Shown here one piece after another: positions 56,031-64,000 of a stretch of 64,000 bases of DNA (positions are counted from its first letter, which is position 1; the number at the start of each line of letters is the position of its first letter). Source of the DNA: an uncultured virus (IMG/VR IMGVR_UViG_3300029787_005093) (lineage: Duplodnaviria; Heunggongvirae; Uroviricota; Caudoviricetes); the IMG/VR virus record IMGVR_UViG_3300029787_005093; one strand, given 5' to 3'. The notes beneath the pieces were generated by a model, which saw only the letters and a program-made list of their open reading frames with translations, searched no databases and was not told the origin of the DNA. The translations under genes and the position numbers were made by a program.

Positions 56031-57353
56031 TTATAAAACTAGGTTCTCTGAAAACTTGAACTTAACTGGATACTTACCATCCTCGCTGAGAACGTTCTCT
56101 AGGTCTTCTAATATATTTTTTTCTTCTTTACTAAAATCGAATAATACTGAATCATACGTGTATAATGCGATTTTTGTCTTTTTATCCTTTAAAAACCGTA
56201 ATACTTCTTTTAATATAAGGATATTTCTTGAAGTTTCCAAACTTTGCATAGAATAATTCATTAATTTAGCAGGATTCATCCTTTTAAGTTGTTCAGTAAA
56301 GGGTTTATTTGATATAGGATCTAAAATCATTCCTTTTCCTTCAAAGTTCGACCATAATGAATCTATGTATTGTTTAATAAGTTTAAATACTTCTAAATTT
56401 TTATGCTTTTTAGGTATTTTACCATAAATTGCATGAAAGTTAATCTGTTTTGCTTCTTTGTACTGATCTTCAGTGATATCTTCAGTACCGAAATAGTGTT
56501 TAGCTAGTTGTTTATGAGCAGATTCTACAGTAAGTGGGTAATTAATCTGGTCGCAAAGTAACCGCAAGTGATACCCGTCAAAGTCAAACTCCACAAAGTA
56601 ATCGTTCTGCGGCGTGAAGGTTCTTCTATGGCTATCATTGTGAGGAATAGCAGCGAAATTAATACTATTATAAGAATTAGTGGGTCTAGATGTAGCATTG
56701 TATAAATTATATGATGTTAGTACTTTATTATCTTTAATATTAAAAATAGGGTTTCTAGGATTAAATAAATCTACAAAAGCATTATAAATTATTCCTAATC
56801 CTTGCTGTTCTATTAAATAAAATACATTAGTAGCAGTAGTATTATAAAAATCATAACCTGAAGGTACTTTATATTTAGTAACTGGTAGTATTTTATCAAA
56901 TACGTTTTCGTAGTGCTCATATATTTTACTAATAGGTATTATTTTATTTATATTTTTATTATTTTCAAATTTATTATAAAAATTATGAATTGTCCTGTTA
57001 TAATCAGGTAATTCTAATCTATCGTATTCAGTCATTGAATATAATAAGGAAATATCTTTGCTATTAAGTAAATTAAAGTGATATAGCAAGTTTTTTCTGT
57101 TTGTTGTATATAGACTACCGTATTCCTTAAGAATATCGTAGACACGAGTTTTATCTACATTTAAACCTTCTTCATGATCTATAGGAATAATATAACCTTT
57201 ACTAAAATCTAAAGGTCTAATATATAAGGCTGTAGTTGAAGTAAGTTTAGGATGAAAATAAAAATTAGAAGGTATAGCCTCAATATAGCAAGGCTTATCT
57301 TTGTAAGTTCTTAATCTCTGTAACTGTAGGTCGCTTTCGACTATATAAAACAT
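56031..57353 (-). CDS. Second, divergent and shortened family-A polymerase-like protein
   Basis: TSRP.N..NSINFAA, EFDFDGYHLRL (A), KQINFHAIYG (B), NY.MQ, YTYDSVLFD (C). Confidence 0.8.
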   Translation of the reverse strand: MFYIVESDLQLQRLRTYKDKPCYIEAIPSNFYFHPKLTSTTALYIRPLDFSKGYIIPIDHEEGLNVDKTRVYDILKEYGSLYTTNRKNLLYHFNLLNSKDISLLYSMTEYDRLELPDYNRTIHNFYNKFENNKNINKIIPISKIYEHYENVFDKILPVTKYKVPSGYDFYNTTATNVFYLIEQQGLGIIYNAFVDLFNPRNPIFNIKDNKVLTSYNLYNATSRPTNSYNSINFAAIPHNDSHRRTFTPQNDYFVEFDFDGYHLRLLCDQINYPLTVESAHKQLAKHYFGTEDITEDQYKEAKQINFHAIYGKIPKKHKNLEVFKLIKQYIDSLWSNFEGKGMILDPISNKPFTEQLKRMNPAKLMNYSMQSLETSRNILILKEVLRFLKDKKTKIALYTYDSVLFDFSKEEKNILEDLENVLSEDGKYPVKFKFSENLVL

Positions 57354-57372
57354 TTTTATAACCTATTTTAAT

Positions 57373-57405
57373 TTAATATAGGAAAAATAATAACTAAAAG
57401 CAACT
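57373..57405 (-). promoter_or_regulatory. Repeated promoter upstream of the second polA-like gene
   Basis: AGTTG-N20-TATATTAA. Confidence 0.7.
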
Positions 57406-57442
57406 GTTTTACAGTCTTTCTATATGTATAATTAAAGTCTGT

Positions 57443-58081
57443 ATGAAAAAAATAGTAAGTTTCGGTTGCTCTTTCACTGAATATAGTCATAACCACGAAA
57501 ACTCAAAAAGAAAAAATAAAGCAGTTATTAAATCATATATTATACCTGGTGAGCCTAAGGGTGAGACATCGTTTACCTTTGTAGCGGCTAATAATCTTAA
57601 TACTACATATGAAAATTATGCGTACGGTGGTAGTGGAGTGAGATCGTCTATTTACAAAATGCTTTATTACGCAAAAACTAACCCTATCGATAATTTATAC
57701 TTTGTTGTGGGTGTAAGCCTTTTTAGTAGATTCGATTTTATTAAACCTTTTTCTAATATTAGAACTTATCCAAGTTTTCCTATAGAAGAGTATGCTAAAT
57801 ATTATGATGAAAAATCTGCTGAGTTTGAATTATTAACGTTAATTGAGATGGCTGGTATTTATTTAACTAAGAAAAATATTCCCCATGTGTTTATTAATAC
57901 ATGCAATGACTATTATAGTATTAAAGATATAGTTAACACCTTAATTTTTCCTAATAACGATGAATATTGGAAAAAGTATATACCATCCTATGATGATAGT
58001 TATAAAAGTGAACATCCTAACTTTAATGACCACGTTATACTAGGTAAATTATTAGCAGATTATATGAAACCTATGATATAA
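57443..58081 (+). CDS. SGNH-like protein
   Basis: FGCSFT, NYAYGGSG, HPN...H motifs. Confidence 0.55.
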   Translation: MKKIVSFGCSFTEYSHNHENSKRKNKAVIKSYIIPGEPKGETSFTFVAANNLNTTYENYAYGGSGVRSSIYKMLYYAKTNPIDNLYFVVGVSLFSRFDFIKPFSNIRTYPSFPIEEYAKYYDEKSAEFELLTLIEMAGIYLTKKNIPHVFINTCNDYYSIKDIVNTLIFPNNDEYWKKYIPSYDDSYKSEHPNFNDHVILGKLLADYMKPMI

Positions 58082-60040
58082 CTATCCGTCACTATAATTA
58101 CTACCTCCACGGGCTTTACCAGAAATTACTGCTCCACCTCCTCTTTGTCTACCCCTTCTTCCTTTGGGTGCTGAGCTTCCGGTTACTCTTCCACCTCTTC
58201 TTCTTCTTTCTTTTCCTGCTCTTACTGGTGTATTTCCTCTTCCTCTTCTACCTCCTGATCTTGGAGTAGATGAAGTATCATCTGACATACTAGTTCCAGA
58301 ATCATTAGAATATGTAGATTGTTCAGCAGCTGGTGCATCTACTGCTCCTTCAGTAAAGTCTCCACCGTCGTCTCCTCCTCTTTTACTCCATTCTGTATTC
58401 CCAGCATTAGCTTCTTTATACGCAGCAAATCTTCTTCTTACGCTAGTTCTAGCTTTACGTATTTTAAATGTTGTACTTTCTTGTTGGCTTGCTAATACCT
58501 CATCTTTCATCATGTTTATTACTACTTCTCTTAAATTAGGTACTTGGTTTCTTTCTCTAGCAGTCAATGCACTTAATGCTGCATCTCTTTGTCTAGTAGT
58601 TAGAGTAACTTGACTATAATCAGTACTATCAGCATTCGAATTAGGATTAGTAGCAGCTGGGGATGGGTCATCGTACAGTCTAGCATGCTCTCCAGTTGCT
58701 GTATATACTCCGTTTTTTGCAGATTTAGAACTAGCATAGCCATTAGCAGGATCGTCAAAGTTATTTCTACTCCATCTAGCATCTATTCTTTGTTTGTTAC
58801 TTCCTAATTGAACTAAATTAAGTCTAACTCTAGATCTTAATGAACTACCGTTGGCAGCTATTACAGTTTCTTGGGCAGTATAAATTGCAGGATATGTAGA
58901 ACCGTTAAGTACTATGCCTACTAACGTTTTAATCTTCTTTTCATCTCTTTCTTGATCTAATCGTCTTCTTTTTTTCTTTCTTCTTGCCTTAGAACTCCAA
59001 TTGATAATACTTTGACTCATATTCATTTCATCAACATCAATTATCATTTTAATTGCATTTATTCTTTCCTGTCTTTCTTGATCATCTTCTAGAGCTTGTA
59101 TTCTAGACTCGGTATCTGCAATTTCGTCTTCTAATTCAGACGTAATCTGGTCTTGTTGCTCTTCTACTGACTCAACTAAGTCATCTATATCATCTAGTCC
59201 TGCTGAAGCTGATATTAATCCTGATGCCAGATCATCTAATAAGTCCATATTAGGAGGATCAGGTAATTCAGCTACTAAATCAGTTGGAGTTAAATCTTCT
59301 TCTTCTTCAATTTCTTCTTCAGTAGGAGGAGGTGGTGGATCTTCTAAAGGTTCAATTACTTCTACTGCTCCATCATATTCTGATATGTCAGATAGTAAAT
59401 GTTCTGTAAATCCTCTATAGTTTTTAAAGAATTCAGTTATTCCAGGTATAATACTTTCGGCTTGTATTAGTACGTCTTTATTATTATTCTCTACACCGGG
59501 GTATATGTAACCTTCCAACTGATAGTCATCTGCTTCTCCTAATATATACCAAGATATTACAGTAGTTCTTTTATATCTTAAATCTCTATATTTAATATAA
59601 TCTCTTTCGCTAACTTCTTTTACTCTTTTGGTTCTAATATCAAAAAACATATATCTATCATAAAAACCTCTTTGATAATCATCTAAATAAGGTCTAGAAT
59701 AGTGTCTTTTAATATCAGGTTCTTTTTCTGGGTCTGCGGTTACTGAATTACTAACAGTAACTACATTGGAGTAGTTTCCTAAATCAAAATCAGCCTTAGT
59801 TAATGCTATCACTTGATTATTTCTGGTTTGTAGTAAAACTATATCAGCTGGAGTAGGTCTAGTGTTTTGAACTCTTCCATCATCAGGAGGTGTTCCTTTA
59901 CTATCGTCTAACTTTAGTCCTTTTCTGAAAAGTTTTTCCATAGCATTCCTAAATAAACCTTCGAAACCAGCAAAGTCACCAGAAAGTAAGTCAATACCTG
60001 GTTGAAGTTTTTTAATCATTGATTTAGGATAGAATGCCAT
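58082..60040 (-). CDS. Large hypothetical, probably virion-associated, protein
   Basis: In the structural operon; poly-Pro/acidic linker, coiled coil, RG-rich C-terminus. Confidence 0.6.
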   Translation of the reverse strand: MAFYPKSMIKKLQPGIDLLSGDFAGFEGLFRNAMEKLFRKGLKLDDSKGTPPDDGRVQNTRPTPADIVLLQTRNNQVIALTKADFDLGNYSNVVTVSNSVTADPEKEPDIKRHYSRPYLDDYQRGFYDRYMFFDIRTKRVKEVSERDYIKYRDLRYKRTTVISWYILGEADDYQLEGYIYPGVENNNKDVLIQAESIIPGITEFFKNYRGFTEHLLSDISEYDGAVEVIEPLEDPPPPPTEEEIEEEEDLTPTDLVAELPDPPNMDLLDDLASGLISASAGLDDIDDLVESVEEQQDQITSELEDEIADTESRIQALEDDQERQERINAIKMIIDVDEMNMSQSIINWSSKARRKKKRRRLDQERDEKKIKTLVGIVLNGSTYPAIYTAQETVIAANGSSLRSRVRLNLVQLGSNKQRIDARWSRNNFDDPANGYASSKSAKNGVYTATGEHARLYDDPSPAATNPNSNADSTDYSQVTLTTRQRDAALSALTARERNQVPNLREVVINMMKDEVLASQQESTTFKIRKARTSVRRRFAAYKEANAGNTEWSKRGGDDGGDFTEGAVDAPAAEQSTYSNDSGTSMSDDTSSTPRSGGRRGRGNTPVRAGKERRRRGGRVTGSSAPKGRRGRQRGGGAVISGKARGGSNYSDG

Positions 60041-60042
60041 AA

Positions 60043-62337
60043 TTAAATATCGTTTTGTGAAGCGTTTTCTGTATCTGGGTTAATTTTCTCTGCTACTACT
60101 GGGTTAAGAGCTTTGTTTAAAGTTTCGTCTTTTATTTCTGCAAATCTTTCTCCTGAGGGACCTTGAGAAATACCGGGCATACTAGTAATAGATGTAGTCC
60201 ATCTGTTATCTTTTATATCATGACTTATTCCTATAATAGTATAAGTACTTCTTTCTGTTAAATAAGAAGGTAATAATCCAGGAGATATTTTAAATTTTTC
60301 ATTCATTTTAAATCCTGCAATTCCGTCCATAGTTAAAGATAACTCGAAAGGTAATTTACCGAAAGGATATTTACCAAATAATCTAACAAATTCTTTTCTT
60401 ACATAACTACCAAAATTAGTAGTCCCAGTTTCAAAGTCTTTTGGATCTCTTTGAAGATCTCCTACAAAACTATTTACCAAATCTTCAAATTCAGCAACCT
60501 CTTCGGGTGGTGGAGGTGGTGGATCATCTTGTTCTACATCCTCGCCTATTGCATCACCAGTAGTATCATCTACTTTTACTTTAAACCTATCTACAACAGA
60601 GCCTAAAGAACTTAAAATAGATCCATCAGCTGCTGTTTTACCAGAAGTATCACGAGATAAAATTGCATTTTGAGCTGCTAATTTTCCGCTAACTTTAGTT
60701 TCTAATTTAATATCATCAATATTAGATTCTAATCCCTGTACTTGTATTTCAGATCGATTTATATTTCTAGCAGTATGTAATTTATCGTCTATAAATACAA
60801 ATGAACTATTTTTTTCTAAATAAGATATTTTTATATCATTAAATCCTCCTAAATTTTGGTTTACCTTACCTAATACAGTATCTATATAGTCAGCTAAATC
60901 TACTGTATATTCTGCTGCTGAAGCGTACATTTCTTGTAATGTGTCTTTTAACATATTTACGTTAAGCCAAAGATCATATATATTATTACCAGTACCTGTT
61001 GCAAATATATCTTTTTTTCTCCATGCTGAATATAAATTTTCATTTTGAGGTAGCTTAGGTAAAATACATATACCAGGATCTAATGCAAAGTGATTAGAAT
61101 AAGTAGCATATGCTGAAAATATATTATATCCATATACCATCTTAACAAGTTTTTCTCCTTTATTACCGGTAGGTAGTAAAGTATCATTCATTATTTTTAC
61201 CCAAGTTTCAAATCTAATATAAGTATATTCAGGCTGTTCAGTTTGTTTAGAAGCTGCTTTTTGCAAAAATATAGGAATATCTCTTTTTTTATCCCATTCA
61301 CATGCATATCCTTTTTCTTGAACTAATGCCAGAGCCTCAATAGGTGTTTGCCCTTTTTGTTGAAAAATTGATAAAATATCAGTCACAGGTGATAAGTCGG
61401 TAGCTGTTTTAGAGGATTCTATCTGTTTATCTTGTATTTCTTTTACTTTTGCGATTTCATCCGGAGTTAAATCTGCAGCTATTGCCCTTTCACCAAGGAT
61501 AGCTTTAATATCTTTTTGGAACTGTTCGTTGACACCTGGTGAGGCTAATAAAGGTAGTGGTTTACCAGATGCTTTTAATGCTTCAAGTATAGTACCTTTA
61601 CCAATTAACGAAACTTTAATAGTATAAACACCATCTTTAGTAAGCCCTATATTATAATTTGTTACTTTAGCTAAGACTCCTTTATAATTAAAATCAGAGC
61701 TTTCAGTAATTCTTCTTATTTCATCTTCTATTTCAATTTGAGCCTTATCGTTTTCGAAAAATATATTAACTGTTTCACCATCATTTCTTATTGTACCTGA
61801 GTTATCTACAAAAGTACTATTTCCAAATTCTAATAATTGGTAACTTCCTAATTTAAGATAAAGTTCTTCAAATAATTCATACTGGTTAAGATCATAAACT
61901 TGAAAGCCTACGTCTATCATTACAGTTGCACCTACACCTGCTCCTTTAACTGAGTATTTAAATTCTGTAATTCCAGGTAATGGTACAATCCCTTTATCTG
62001 CAGGATTACTAGTATATGCTGATTTATCTGGGTTGGATAGGTCAAAACCTTGTCTTAACCTAAAAGCTGTTTCTTCTTGAAACATGGTACCACCAAATAG
62101 TATATTTTTTTTAGCTAAATCAGATGAACCATTAATATTAGAACTAGAAGATAATTTTATCCACGCAGTTTTACTATTTAAAAATGATATTTCATCATCA
62201 TTCTTATTTTTTTTAGCTTTTATAAAACTACGAGCTCTAAGTTGTTCTATAATCCTAGGTGATATAGCTGAACCAAAAGCATTACCGCCAAACTGATTTG
62301 CTTTAGCGCCTCCACCTGAAAAGCTGAATAAAGCCAT
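60043..62337 (-). CDS. Putative baseplate hub/tail protein
   Basis: Follows the LysM/tail-X-like gene; PLPGIT and LPFELSLTMDGIAG...ISHDI....WTT patterns. Confidence 0.55.
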   Translation of the reverse strand: MALFSFSGGGAKANQFGGNAFGSAISPRIIEQLRARSFIKAKKNKNDDEISFLNSKTAWIKLSSSSNINGSSDLAKKNILFGGTMFQEETAFRLRQGFDLSNPDKSAYTSNPADKGIVPLPGITEFKYSVKGAGVGATVMIDVGFQVYDLNQYELFEELYLKLGSYQLLEFGNSTFVDNSGTIRNDGETVNIFFENDKAQIEIEDEIRRITESSDFNYKGVLAKVTNYNIGLTKDGVYTIKVSLIGKGTILEALKASGKPLPLLASPGVNEQFQKDIKAILGERAIAADLTPDEIAKVKEIQDKQIESSKTATDLSPVTDILSIFQQKGQTPIEALALVQEKGYACEWDKKRDIPIFLQKAASKQTEQPEYTYIRFETWVKIMNDTLLPTGNKGEKLVKMVYGYNIFSAYATYSNHFALDPGICILPKLPQNENLYSAWRKKDIFATGTGNNIYDLWLNVNMLKDTLQEMYASAAEYTVDLADYIDTVLGKVNQNLGGFNDIKISYLEKNSSFVFIDDKLHTARNINRSEIQVQGLESNIDDIKLETKVSGKLAAQNAILSRDTSGKTAADGSILSSLGSVVDRFKVKVDDTTGDAIGEDVEQDDPPPPPPEEVAEFEDLVNSFVGDLQRDPKDFETGTTNFGSYVRKEFVRLFGKYPFGKLPFELSLTMDGIAGFKMNEKFKISPGLLPSYLTERSTYTIIGISHDIKDNRWTTSITSMPGISQGPSGERFAEIKDETLNKALNPVVAEKINPDTENASQNDI

Positions 62338-62642
62338 TATCTATTACTGTTTATGGATCTATACAGTTGTAATACTCTTTGTTTGCTTAAAGGAATTCGT
62401 AACTGTACTCCTGGTTTAACTACTAAATTATCTCTTACAGAAGTGTTTGCTGATGCAATAGCCCACCATAGTGAACTATCTTTATAAAATTGTTGTGCTA
62501 AAGTATCATACCTATCACCACCTGTTGTAATAACATATATATCTTCTTCAGTTTCTGGGATATCTGGGTATATTGGATTAAGATAATACTGTTCATTATC
62601 TTCCGTAGAAATCTTTTTTATGTTTTTATATCTATCTATCAT
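62337..62642 (-). CDS. LysM/tail-X-like baseplate protein
   Basis: GDRYDTLAQQFYKDSSLWWAIA.AN....PG.QLRIP. Confidence 0.75.
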   Translation of the reverse strand: MIDRYKNIKKISTEDNEQYYLNPIYPDIPETEEDIYVITTGGDRYDTLAQQFYKDSSLWWAIASANTSVRDNLVVKPGVQLRIPLSKQRVLQLYRSINSNR

Positions 62643-64000
62643 TATGATGCTGTTCCTACGTCAGCAGATGCATCAGCAGTATTTAAATCAAAATCTCCAA
62701 ATAACGCTGATCTAGCTATACCTAGTTCAGGTCCATTTACAGTGACTTCTTCACCTGAGGAGAAGTATTTATTTTCATTAGGATTAGTAGAGTAGTGGTA
62801 TAAACCTGTTTGTGGTGCAAATTTATGTATTGGAGTAAATTCTACTTCACAGTTTAAAAGATGAGGTAATTGTTGAACTGGTTCATTATTTTTTAATTTT
62901 ATTTCCCATGGATACCCTTGTTCCCAACTAAAATTTACTGCTGAAAAGAATCCTGGTTGAGATACAAGATAATCTCCTATAGTAATATTACATAATGTAC
63001 CTCTCATAAAACTTTGATTAGTATCGTATGTTGGAGCTGTAGTAGATGCTAAATAATTTAATTTTTGATACATAGGTTTTAATGCATCTCTAGTATCTGC
63101 ATATGCTTTAAAACCGAAACTGATAGATCTTTCGAAACCACCGTAAGTATAGAATTTTTCAGCTCTACCATAATAAGTATGATCTGACCAAGTACCTGTA
63201 TAGGAATCTGAGAAAGCATCTAAATAAGCTCTAAAATATAAAAATACATTTTGTTCTCCTTCATCTTGACTAATAACTTCAAAATTAAATTTTATAAAAT
63301 CATTTGCATCTTCATTTTCACCTAGTTGAGGACCTAACATTCCAATTTTATCCGAAGCTTCTAAATTAAGTGCTTCTGAATAATTTGATGTATATCTAGT
63401 TTTTCCTCTTCCCCCAGTTTGAGGTAATCCTAATCTTTTTTCTTTTTGTATTTTAGCATCTATTTCTTTATAAGTATTACTAGTAAAGTCATATAGTTTT
63501 CTTTCACTACCACCAACAGTTTCTGCAGAAAAAACATTAAGTTGATTAGCTATAACATCTAAAGGGTTTGGAACTCCATTTCTACCTTGATCATAAGAAA
63601 ATTTTGCTGCATCGTACCTATTAGGAAATTTTAGTTTAGTTTGTATAAAGGTTTTAGAATCACCGTTTGCTAATTCACTTACAAAATCAACTGGAATAGG
63701 TACTTCACCACCTTCTGAGGATATAACATGTCCTTGTACTCTTCTTAAATAACCTTGTTTACCTTTAAAACCTAGTACTAAATGTGTTCCTGTACCAGAA
63801 AGACCTGCTTGAGATATTGTTGATGCTGTTACTGCTACTGCATTCGCAGCCGATACAGCTACTCCAGATATTAAAGTACCTAAAAATGCGAGTACATCAC
63901 CAACTGTTGAACCAGTTCCTCCACCATCATTTTTTCTATCTCTCTGCGGGGGTGCTGCTGCTCTACCTCTATCTATTGCATTTAATGCTGCTGTATTACC
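62642..64000 (-). CDS. Putative tail-tube initiator/baseplate protein, truncated by the window edge
   Basis: The frame of 62642..63340 appears open to position 64000; FRAYL..FSD.Y...W....YGRAE.FYTY.GF.RSISF.F. Confidence 0.6.
   Translation of the reverse strand, partial: GNTAALNAIDRGRAAAPPQRDRKNDGGGTGSTVGDVLAFLGTLISGVAVSAANAVAVTASTISQAGLSGTGTHLVLGFKGKQGYLRRVQGHVISSEGGEVPIPVDFVSELANGDSKTFIQTKLKFPNRYDAAKFSYDQGRNGVPNPLDVIANQLNVFSAETVGGSERKLYDFTSNTYKEIDAKIQKEKRLGLPQTGGRGKTRYTSNYSEALNLEASDKIGMLGPQLGENEDANDFIKFNFEVISQDEGEQNVFLYFRAYLDAFSDSYTGTWSDHTYYGRAEKFYTYGGFERSISFGFKAYADTRDALKPMYQKLNYLASTTAPTYDTNQSFMRGTLCNITIGDYLVSQPGFFSAVNFSWEQGYPWEIKLKNNEPVQQLPHLLNCEVEFTPIHKFAPQTGLYHYSTNPNENKYFSSGEEVTVNGPELGIARSALFGDFDLNTADASADVGTAS

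Noticed and set aside
14092..58782. Same-strand alternative-frame ORFs (14092, 18840, 30249, 47695, 51936, 58600)
   Set aside because: Nested in better-supported genes, often in locally GC-richer patches where stops are rarer; no motifs or initiation signals
3089..62296. Plus-strand ORFs antisense to real genes (e.g. 3089, 7293, 8945, 10219, 10521, 16861, 18892, 19752, 20214, 22376, 22833, 24534, 26730, 33458, 35290, 42011, 42621, 43621, 50121, 50389, 55912, 58164, 58610, 62084)
   Set aside because: Shadow ORFs opposite well-supported genes, with no recognisable motifs
1..64000. Bacterial chromosome origin (groEL, metK, rpsU, que genes)
   Set aside because: Baseplate, gp32-like SSB, UvsX-like and lysis genes, single-strand packing and divergent compact enzymes indicate a phage
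1..64000. Stop-codon reassignment
   Set aside because: Conserved genes are full length in the standard code, and TAG and TGA end genes at expected positions (e.g. queC, flavodoxin)
1..64000. tRNA/rRNA genes, introns, inteins, transposases
   Set aside because: Intergenic gaps are short with no cloverleaf seen; polA, nrdA, the helicase and the recombinase show no obvious insertions. Checked by eye only.

Overview
This is an AT-rich, gene-dense segment, almost entirely on the minus strand, of a large lytic dsDNA tailed phage. The host is probably Bacteroidota/Flavobacteriia: there is a Bacteroidota-type bS21, an Hc1-like protein, repeated TTG-N20-TATATT promoters and no obvious Shine-Dalgarno sites. 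In transcription order (right to left) it encodes: baseplate/tail genes; a replication module (a second, divergent family-A polymerase, SSB, RecA/UvsX, 5'-3' exonuclease, DnaB-like helicase, NrdAB); a glycosylation/decoration block (two GT60-like, HtrL-like, two carbamoyltransferases, 2OG-Fe(II) oxygenase, CysC, sulfotransferase); a complete 7-deazaguanine DNA-modification pathway (folE, queD, queE, queC, queF, a TGT/DpdA-like gene and a formyltransferase, plus a PRTase, a kinase and a MazG-like gene); PolA, MetK, Hsp20, GroES/GroEL; ribosomal protein bS21; an envelope and lysis block; and a second glycan block containing a RuBisCO-like protein. The best leads are a candidate preQ1-I-like riboswitch before queD, a possible nucleotide-level route for 7-deazaguanine incorporation, the phage RuBisCO-like protein, a PolA paralogue lacking the steric-gate Glu, and a possible hydroxyproline-glycosylation system. 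All family calls come from reading motifs by eye; no database searches were run.
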